Positions 57,008-64,000 of a stretch of 64,000 bases of DNA are shown in pieces (the first letter of the stretch is position 1; every line of letters starts with the position of its first letter). The DNA is from Alphaproteobacteria bacterium (GTDB lineage: Bacteria; Pseudomonadota; Alphaproteobacteria; Bin95). The stretch covers positions 1 through 64,000 of the forward strand of contig CAXXWS020000004.1 of assembly GCA_963665325.3 (NCBI GenBank), read 5' to 3'. The translations under genes were made by a program, and so were the position numbers. A model generated the notes under the pieces. The model saw only the letters and a program-made list of their open reading frames with translations. It ran no database searches and was not told the DNA's origin.

Positions 57008-57378
57008 TGAACCGCACTCCTCAGATAAGCGATGACGGCAGCGCGCTGCCCGGCCTTCCTGAAGCCCGGAAACGCCATGCGCGTGCCCTTTGCGAACGCC
57101 CTCGGCTTGGTCAACCAGGCGTCGAGATTTTCCTCGGTCCAGGTCTTGCCCTTGTGCCTGCCGAGCCCCTTGGAATATTTGAAACCCGGCGCCGAGGCGA
57201 TGGGACGCCCGACCACGCCCCAGAGGTTCGGGCCGACCTTCTTCTTTCCGGTCTCGTCGAGGCGGTGGCAGACCGTGCATTTCTTCTTGAAGAGCTTTGC
57301 GCCGTCGACATCCGCTGCCGGCGCCGCACCGATACCGCCGACGAGCACGGCCGCAACGGCGATTGCGATGATTCGCAT
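57004..57378 (-). CDS. Cytochrome c, class I (c2-like)
   Basis: Signal peptide; CTVCH heme motif, VGPNLWGVVGR and GTRMAFPG. Confidence 0.93.
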   Translation of the reverse strand: MRIIAIAVAAVLVGGIGAAPAADVDGAKLFKKKCTVCHRLDETGKKKVGPNLWGVVGRPIASAPGFKYSKGLGRHKGKTWTEENLDAWLTKPRAFAKGTRMAFPGFRKAGQRAAVIAYLRSAVQ

Positions 57379-57532
57379 GACCCGGAGACCCTCCCGTTGC
57401 GTGGCGCCCAGCATCAAATTACAGCCCGAAAGATACCGGCGCCAGCGTTCCGGCCGGCGCAATCTTCACTTTTCCGTGTGCATCAGGGGCGCTTTTGCGC
57501 TAAGCTGAAAGTTCGGTCATAGCGACCGTGAC

Positions 57533-57548
57533 CCACAAGATATAGCGT
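57533..57548. promoter_or_regulatory. NrdR box
   Basis: CCACAAGATATAGCGT versus consensus acaCwAtATaTwGtgt, ~45 bp upstream of nrdA. Confidence 0.6.
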
Positions 57549-57592
57549 GTATCGTTGGAAAGATGCGCACTGATTGTGGTTGGAGGCAGGAG

Positions 57593-59473
57593 ATGGACGG
57601 TTCCGGCGAACTACGACTCCGCGACCGCGATGCCGACAGCACGGCGCCGCTGCTGCCCCATCTGCATGCCGACGAGGTCTATCAGAACGAGCGCGGCATC
57701 CGCGTCGTGCTCGACCGCGGCCGCGACGGTCTGCTGACCCGCTTCGGCAAGGAGACGCTGGAAGACCGCTACCTGATGCCGGGCGAGTCCTACCAGGACC
57801 TGTTCGCCCGCGTCGCCGGCCATTTCGCCGACGACAGCGCGCACGCCCAGCGGCTCTACGATTACATCTCGAAGCTCTGGTTCATGCCGGCAACGCCCGT
57901 GCTGTCCAATGGCGGTACGAAGCGCGGCCTCCCGATCTCCTGCTTCCTGAACGAGGCCGACGACAGCCTGGAGGGGATTGTCGGGCTCTGGACGGAGAAT
58001 GTGTGGCTGGCGGCGCGCGGCGGTGGAATCGGCAGCTATTGGGGCAATCTGCGCTCCATCGGCGAGAAGGTCGGCCAGAACGGGCGAACCTCCGGCGTCA
58101 TCCCCTTCGTGCGCGTCATGGATTCGCTCACCCTCGCCATCAGCCAGGGCAGCCTCCGGCGCGGCTCGGCGGCGGTGTATATGCAGGCGAGCCACCCGGA
58201 GATCGAGGAGTTCGTGGAACTGCGCCGGCCGACCGGTGGCGACCCCAACCGCAAGGCGCTCAACCTGCATCACGGCGTGCTGGTGCCGGATGCCTTCATG
58301 CGCGCGGTCGAGGCGGACGAGGAATGGGCGCTCATCAGCCCGCGCGACCACAGCGTGCAGAACCGCATCCGCGCCCGCGACCTCTGGATTCGCATTCTCA
58401 CGGCCCGGATCGAGACCGGCGAGCCTTATCTCATCTTCATCGACCATGTGAACCGCGCCCGGCCCGAACACCACAAGCTGGCGGGCCTGGAGGTGAAGAC
58501 CTCGAACCTCTGCGCCGAGATCGTGCTGCCGACCGGCCCCGACCATCGCGGCGGCGAGCGCACGGCCGTGTGCTGCCTCTCCTCGCTCAATCTCGAGCGC
58601 TATCTGGAATGGGAGCGCGCGCCGGGCTTCATCGAGGACGTGATGCGCTTCCTCGACAATGTATTGCAGGACTTCATCGAGAATGCGCCGGACTCCATGC
58701 ACACGGCCGCCTATGCGGCGATGCGCGAGCGCTCGGTGGGGCTCGGCGTCATGGGCTTCCACAGCTTTCTGCAGAGCCTGAATGTGCCGCTCGAGTCCGT
58801 CATGGCGTCGGTCTGGAACCGGCGCATGTTCTCGCGCATCCAGACGGATGCCGATGCTGCGTCGAAGCGGCTGGCGGACGAGCGCGGCCCCTGCCCCGAT
58901 GCCGCCGATTTCGGCATGGACGAGCGTTTCTCCAACAAGACCGCGATTGCGCCGACGGCCTCCATCTCGATCATCTGCGGCGGCGCCTCGCCCGGCATCG
59001 AGCCGGTGGCGGCCAACGCCTATACCCACAAGACGCTCTCCGGCTCCTTCGCGGTGCGCAACCGCTATCTGGAGGCCCTGCTGGAGAAGGCGGGCCGCAA
59101 CGATGAGGACACCTGGTCGTCGATCACGGTCAACGAAGGCTCGGTGCAGCATCTCGACTTCCTGACCGACGACCAGAAGGCCGTGTTCAAGACCGCGTTC
59201 GAGCTGGACCAGCGCTGGATCGTGGACCTCGCCGCGGAGCGGGCGCCGATGGTGGACCAGGCCCAGTCGGTCAACCTCTTCCTGCCGGCTGACATCCACA
59301 AGCGGGACCTGCACGGCCTGCACACGATGGCCTGGAAGCGCGGCCTGAAGAGCCTCTATTACTGCCGCTCGAAGTCGCTCCAGCGCGCGGAGGCGGTGGG
59401 CGGCAAGCGCGTCGCGCGGCAGGCCGAAGCCCTGCTCAAGGTCGATTACGAGGAATGCCTCGCATGCCAGTGA
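57593..59473 (+). CDS. nrdA: Class I ribonucleotide reductase alpha subunit (no ATP cone)
   Basis: Motifs ATPVLSN, SCF, SNLCAEI, APTASIS and KSLYY; C-terminal CLACQ. Confidence 0.95.
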   Translation: MDGSGELRLRDRDADSTAPLLPHLHADEVYQNERGIRVVLDRGRDGLLTRFGKETLEDRYLMPGESYQDLFARVAGHFADDSAHAQRLYDYISKLWFMPATPVLSNGGTKRGLPISCFLNEADDSLEGIVGLWTENVWLAARGGGIGSYWGNLRSIGEKVGQNGRTSGVIPFVRVMDSLTLAISQGSLRRGSAAVYMQASHPEIEEFVELRRPTGGDPNRKALNLHHGVLVPDAFMRAVEADEEWALISPRDHSVQNRIRARDLWIRILTARIETGEPYLIFIDHVNRARPEHHKLAGLEVKTSNLCAEIVLPTGPDHRGGERTAVCCLSSLNLERYLEWERAPGFIEDVMRFLDNVLQDFIENAPDSMHTAAYAAMRERSVGLGVMGFHSFLQSLNVPLESVMASVWNRRMFSRIQTDADAASKRLADERGPCPDAADFGMDERFSNKTAIAPTASISIICGGASPGIEPVAANAYTHKTLSGSFAVRNRYLEALLEKAGRNDEDTWSSITVNEGSVQHLDFLTDDQKAVFKTAFELDQRWIVDLAAERAPMVDQAQSVNLFLPADIHKRDLHGLHTMAWKRGLKSLYYCRSKSLQRAEAVGGKRVARQAEALLKVDYEECLACQ

Positions 59474-60210
59474 GCGGCGGGCCGCTTTCCGGAAAGACCG
59501 CCCTCGTCACCGGCGCCAGCCGCAATATCGGCCGCGAAGTCTGCCTGCGCCTTGCGCGCGACGGCGCTCATGTCTGCGTCAACACCCGCCGGGCCGAGGA
59601 CGCCGCCCGCGCGGTCGTCGCGGAGGTCGAGGCTGCCGGCGGGTCGGCCTCGCTGCACATGGCGGATGTAACCGACGAGGCGGCGGTCGCCGCGATGGCG
59701 GAAGCGGCGGGTCCGGTCGATATCCTGGTCAACAATGCCGCCATCCGCCGCCATGTCCCCTTTCTCGAGTCGACGCTCGCCGACTGGCGTGAGGCGCAGG
59801 CGGTCGTCCTCGAAGGCGCTTTTCTCTGCACCCGCGCGGTGCTGGCATCCATGCGGGTGAAAAGCTGGGGGCGGATCGTCAATATGGGCGGTGTCTCGGC
59901 CCATATGGGCATGTCCGAGCGCGCCCATGTCAGCGCCGCCAAGGCGGGGCTGATCGGCTTCACCAAGGGGCTCGCAAAGGAATTCGGCCTCGACGGCATC
60001 ACCGTCAATTGCGTGGTACCGGGCGTGATCGACACGGTGCGCGACGCCGGCGGGCTCCGGCCCGAACAGGCCAGCGCCGTGCCCATCGCCGTCGGCCGCC
60101 AGGGCCGCCCGGAGGAAGTCGCCGAGACGGTTGTGCATCTCTGCCGGCCGGAAAGCGCCTACATCACCGGCGCGACGATCCATGTGAACGGGGGCGCCTA
60201 CCTGCCCTGA
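59470..60210 (+). CDS. Short-chain dehydrogenase/reductase
   Basis: Motifs TGASRNIG and NNAA; the catalytic YxxxK position reads VSAAK. Confidence 0.9.
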   Translation: MSGGPLSGKTALVTGASRNIGREVCLRLARDGAHVCVNTRRAEDAARAVVAEVEAAGGSASLHMADVTDEAAVAAMAEAAGPVDILVNNAAIRRHVPFLESTLADWREAQAVVLEGAFLCTRAVLASMRVKSWGRIVNMGGVSAHMGMSERAHVSAAKAGLIGFTKGLAKEFGLDGITVNCVVPGVIDTVRDAGGLRPEQASAVPIAVGRQGRPEEVAETVVHLCRPESAYITGATIHVNGGAYLP

Positions 60211-60257
60211 CCGACAGCGACGTTCGGCCGGAACGGGCAAAGGATCGCTACGGCAAG

Positions 60258-61457
60258 ATGCGAACGGCCGACCGCCCCCCGCTTCGTCTCGGCGAATTCG
60301 TGCCGCTCATCGCGCTGTTGATGTCTCTCGTCGCGCTCGCCATCGACGCGATGCTGCCCGCTCTGCCCGCGATCGGCCGCGACCTTGAGGCGGCGCGCCC
60401 GAACGATGTCCAGTTCGTGATCACGGCCGCCTTTCTGGGGCTCGGCCTCGGCCAGATGATCTTCGGCCCGCTCTCCGACCGCATAGGGCGCAGACCGGCC
60501 ATCCACGCCGGTCTTGCGCTGTTCGCTGTCGGATGCCTCATGAGCATCTTCGCGCCCGACTTCGAGACGATGATCGCGGGCCGCGTGCTGCAGGGCTTCG
60601 GGGCGGCGGGGCCGCGGGTCGTTGTCATGGCGCTGGTGCGCGACCGGTACAAAGGCGACCGGATGGCGCGCATCCTGTCGTTCACGATGGCTGTTTTCAT
60701 ACTCGTTCCGGCAGTCGCCCCGGCGCTCGGACAGGGCATCCAGTGGCTCGGCGGCTGGCGCGCGATATTCGTCGCCTTCCTTGCGGTAGCCGGAGTGGCA
60801 TTCGCATGGTTCGCACTTCGCCTGCCGGAAACGCTCCCGCCCGCCCGCCGCCGGTCGTTTTCCCCGCGGGCCATCGGCGGAGGCGTTCTCGAAGTGCTGA
60901 GGATCCGGGCGTCTCTCGGCTATACGCTGGCCACCGGTTTCGTGTTCGCGGCGTTCGTCACCTATCTGAGCTGCGCCCAGCAGGTCTTCCAGGAGGCCTA
61001 CACGACCGGAGCGCTCTTCCCGCTCTATTTCGCCGTGCTCGCGCTCGCCATCGGGGCCGCTTCGCTCGCAAACGGCCGTCTCGTGATGAAATACGGCATG
61101 CAGCGGCTCGTCAGGGCGGCGACAATAACGCTTGCGCTCGTCTCGGCGGCCGCGTGGGCGGTGGCGTTCGCCTTCGAGGGGCTTCCTCCGTTCTGGCTTT
61201 TCATCGCCTGCCTGCTTGCCGTTTTTCTCTGCAACGGCCTCCTCTTCGGCAACCTCATCGCTCTTGCAATGGAGCCCCTCGGCCATATCGCCGGCGTCGG
61301 TTCGGCGGTAGTCACTTCGCTCTCCACCTTTATCTCGATACCGTTCGGGGCGGCGGTGGCCCTGAGTTTCGACGGCACGATATACCCACTGACCGCAGCC
61401 TTCGCGGTCTTCGGAGCCGCGGCGTTCGCCGCAATCCGGTGGGCCGGGAGACGCTGA
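60258..61457 (+). CDS. Bcr/CflA family MFS efflux transporter
   Basis: Motifs IDAMLPALP, GPLSDRIGRRP and LPETL; ~12 TMs. Confidence 0.92.
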   Translation: MRTADRPPLRLGEFVPLIALLMSLVALAIDAMLPALPAIGRDLEAARPNDVQFVITAAFLGLGLGQMIFGPLSDRIGRRPAIHAGLALFAVGCLMSIFAPDFETMIAGRVLQGFGAAGPRVVVMALVRDRYKGDRMARILSFTMAVFILVPAVAPALGQGIQWLGGWRAIFVAFLAVAGVAFAWFALRLPETLPPARRRSFSPRAIGGGVLEVLRIRASLGYTLATGFVFAAFVTYLSCAQQVFQEAYTTGALFPLYFAVLALAIGAASLANGRLVMKYGMQRLVRAATITLALVSAAAWAVAFAFEGLPPFWLFIACLLAVFLCNGLLFGNLIALAMEPLGHIAGVGSAVVTSLSTFISIPFGAAVALSFDGTIYPLTAAFAVFGAAAFAAIRWAGRR

Positions 61458-61477
61458 GCCGGGGCCTTCGGCGGAGG

Positions 61478-62713
61478 CTATTTCCTTTGGGCGGCGGCGG
61501 CCTGCCCCGGCCGGTAGAGCCGGTACCAGACCCAGGCGAGGAACTGGAAGGCGAGCAGGCCGCCGAAGGCGACCCGGTAAGCCTCTTCCGGATAGAGGCC
61601 GTCCCGGGCCGTCCAGAAGTCGAGCACGCTGCCTACGGCATATTGAATGGCGAAGGCGCCGAGGAAGACCAGCAGGTTGAGCGCGGTATGGGCGCGGCCC
61701 GCCAGTACGGAGCCGAAATAGGCCGAGAGGTGGGCATAGGAGAGGATCGTCATCTGGCCGGTCATGGCGAACACCGCCCAGAACGCCGTCGCCGGTGTCC
61801 AGATGCCAAGCACGATGGCGAGGAGGGAGGCGAAGAAGACGACCGCAATGACCTCCACCACGGTCATCAGCGAGATGCCGCGCCGGTTCGCCCAGTCGCC
61901 GAGCAAGCCCGAGAGCAGGATGCCGACAATGAAGGCTATCGCCATGAGGAAGAGCGCCGAGGCGACCCCTTGCGGGTCCAAGCCGCCGACATCGCGCAGC
62001 CAGGGCGCGGCCCAGAGCGTCTGGAGCGCGATATGGGTGCCGCAGGTCCCCGCGATCATGGGCGCAAGGCTCCAGAACAGGCGGTCGCGATAGACATGGG
62101 CGATGCCGCCAAGCTGGACGCCGAAGCCGCCCCGGCTCAGCATGTCCGGCCGCTCGCGCGGCGCCAGCAGGAAAATCGACGATGCCGCGAGGGCAACCGC
62201 GCCGCCGAGCCCGACGAACACGATCCGCCAGCCATAGGCGGCGACGGCCATATGGGCAGGCTCGGTGGCAGCCAGCACGCCGAAGCCGCCGAACACCATC
62301 ACCAGCGCGTTGAACAGCGGCACGCGCTGCGGCGGCGCCCAGAGCACCACGGCCTTGAAGGACGCCATCAGCCCGCCCGCAAAGCCGAGCCCGATCAGCA
62401 GCCGCGCCGCCACCAGCGCTTCCACCGATCCGCCCGCCGCGAACAGGAACGAGCCGACGGCCGAGACCATGAGCAGGCAGGCCTGCACCCGGCGCGGCCC
62501 GAACCGGTCCAGCAGCAGGCCGAGCGGAAGCTGGAACGCACCGAAGCCGAACAGGTAGGCGGCGGTAATCAGCCCGAGCCCCTCGGCCGTCACGCCGACA
62601 TCGCGCTCCAGGTCCCCCACCACCACGGCGTTCACCGCGCGCAGCAGGTAGGACATGAAGTAGCCGAGGCCGAAGGGTGCTACGACGGCAGCCCAAAGGC
62701 GCCAGGGGCTCAC
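61478..62713 (-). CDS. MFS transporter
   Basis: MFS motif A GLLLDRFGPRR; ~12 TMs. Confidence 0.9.
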   Translation of the reverse strand: MSPWRLWAAVVAPFGLGYFMSYLLRAVNAVVVGDLERDVGVTAEGLGLITAAYLFGFGAFQLPLGLLLDRFGPRRVQACLLMVSAVGSFLFAAGGSVEALVAARLLIGLGFAGGLMASFKAVVLWAPPQRVPLFNALVMVFGGFGVLAATEPAHMAVAAYGWRIVFVGLGGAVALAASSIFLLAPRERPDMLSRGGFGVQLGGIAHVYRDRLFWSLAPMIAGTCGTHIALQTLWAAPWLRDVGGLDPQGVASALFLMAIAFIVGILLSGLLGDWANRRGISLMTVVEVIAVVFFASLLAIVLGIWTPATAFWAVFAMTGQMTILSYAHLSAYFGSVLAGRAHTALNLLVFLGAFAIQYAVGSVLDFWTARDGLYPEEAYRVAFGGLLAFQFLAWVWYRLYRPGQAAAAQRK

Positions 62714-62723
62714 CGACGGTCTC

Positions 62724-63500
62724 TCACATCGCAGCTATGCCGCCGTCCACGAAGAGTTCCGAGCCCGTGGTGAAGCTGCTCTCGTCGGAGGCCAGGTAGA
62801 GGATCGCATAGGCGACCTCCTCCGCCTGCCCGACCCGCCCGATGGGCACCTGGCGGGCCAGCTTGCGCAGCGCCTCCTCGGTGCCGAAATGCTCCTTGTA
62901 GCGGTCGAGGATCGGGGTATCGATGAAGGTCGGATGCACGGAGTTGCAGCGGATCGGCATGCCCTGCCGCGCGCAATGCAGCGCCACCGACTTGCTGAGG
63001 TGGCGCACGCCCGCCTTGGCGGAGTTGTAGGCGGCCATGTTGTGCCCGGCGATGACGCCGGCAATTGATGAGATATTTACGATGGAGCCCGCGCCGTCGG
63101 TCTCCCGGCAATGGGCGGCGATGGCGGGGATGGCGTGCTTGCAGCCGAGGAACACGCCGTCGAGGTCGATGGCGTGCACGAGGCGCCATTCCTCCAGTTC
63201 GATCTCGGTCACGGGCTTGGTGAGGCCGATGCCGGCGCTCTGCACCAGGATGTTGAGCCCGCCGAAACGTTCGACCGTCTCCGCAACTGCTGCCTGCCAC
63301 GCCGCTTCGTCGGTCACATCGTGGCGAATGAAGGCCGCGTCGGCCCCGAGCTCCGCCGCGAGGGCACTGCCCCTCGCCTCATCGATATCGGTTATCGCAA
63401 CGCACGCGCCCTCGCGCACGAACATGGCCGCCGTCGCCGCGCCCAGCCCCGAGGCGCCGCCGGTAATCAGCGCCACCTTGCCTTCGATCCGTCCGGTCAT
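62724..63500 (-). CDS. Short-chain dehydrogenase/reductase
   Basis: Motifs TGGASGLG, NISS and YNSAK. Confidence 0.93.
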   Translation of the reverse strand: MTGRIEGKVALITGGASGLGAATAAMFVREGACVAITDIDEARGSALAAELGADAAFIRHDVTDEAAWQAAVAETVERFGGLNILVQSAGIGLTKPVTEIELEEWRLVHAIDLDGVFLGCKHAIPAIAAHCRETDGAGSIVNISSIAGVIAGHNMAAYNSAKAGVRHLSKSVALHCARQGMPIRCNSVHPTFIDTPILDRYKEHFGTEEALRKLARQVPIGRVGQAEEVAYAILYLASDESSFTTGSELFVDGGIAAM

Positions 63501-63549
63501 GTCAAACTTTCTCTCTCTCCTGTCCGCGCATGGCGGCTACCCGCCCTAG

Positions 63550-63999
63550 TCAACCGATGTCTTCATCTTCCGGAACGAGCGTCCAGATACGCTGCAATGG
63601 CAATTCGGCGCGTATCTCTTCCGGCAAGTCGTCGTAAACAGCCAACAGATTGTCGACAAGTTCCTGCCTGCCCCACAAGCGCACTCGAAAGAAGAGTTCA
63701 TTGCGGCGGCTTTCGACATCTTTCGTGAAGCCGCCCCAACTGACGATTAAGCCGTAGTCTGCCTGTGTATCCTGCACACTGCCAATCAACGCCTGTAGAA
63801 CGGGTTGATCGACGACTTGTTTGCCGGATTTCACCTGAACCGTGACCCGTGGGCTTTCCAATCCCAACCGACCGCTGCCGGCAACAATGTCCACACCCCT
63901 GTCCTTACCGGGCGGCGAGACTCTCGTTCGATAACCCTGTACCTCCAGCACAGCCGCGACCAGACCGGTAAAATCGTGCGCTGAAAACCTAGCTGCGAT
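63550..63999 (-). CDS. Mrr-like restriction endonuclease, partial (5' end beyond the window)
   Basis: HDFTGLVAAVLEVQGY and DRGVD...VQVK (PD-QxK); lower GC; frame open to the window edge. Confidence 0.82.
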   Translation of the reverse strand: MAARFSAHDFTGLVAAVLEVQGYRTRVSPPGKDRGVDIVAGSGRLGLESPRVTVQVKSGKQVVDQPVLQALIGSVQDTQADYGLIVSWGGFTKDVESRRNELFFRVRLWGRQELVDNLLAVYDDLPEEIRAELPLQRIWTLVPEDEDIG

Positions 64000-64000
64000 T

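Noticed and set aside
57593-60210. nrdA without an adjacent nrdB as a novel RNR arrangement
   Set aside because: Separated nrdA and nrdB genes are common, and nrdB may lie elsewhere in the genome.

Overview
High-GC (visually ~70%) bacterial DNA, most likely alphaproteobacterial (alpha-type LexA-like box, NrdR-like box, alpha-type REP repeats); a host-associated lifestyle is only inferred. Bases ~1-45.5 kb form an apparently near-complete integrative conjugative element (ICE) with no replication or partition genes visible. It carries two tandem tyrosine integrases, a FicA/FicT toxin-antitoxin pair, and a + strand 'leading region' (a 7-module Cys4 zinc-finger protein, SSB, DUF4326, DUF2493 and small unknowns). 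Next come an oriT whose nick site matches the F-plasmid nic over 14 nt, six palindromic boxes, an RHH protein, a MOBF relaxase, TraD, a convergent Eex-like gene and a full F-type tra operon. The operon contains inserted passengers (a tip-less SSB and a degenerate HD protein) and is headed by an RdfS/Xis-like gene. Upstream sit an FseA-like (DUF6499/DUF2285) activator split by a -1 frameshift and a ~2100-aa Calx-beta adhesin with a ~34-copy 8-bp tandem repeat at its 5' end, a candidate phase-variable switch possibly coupled to transfer. The right flank has relics (IS110, a duplicate RHH gene, a type IIG R-M fragment) and an unexplained LexA-box promoter/GTCATG-array element. From 46.9 kb on are ordinary chromosomal genes: a peptide ABC transporter, TauD, an amidase, a GloC-like MBL, cytochrome c, nrdA, SDRs, MFS transporters and a partial Mrr. 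All family calls are by motif recognition; no searches were run.
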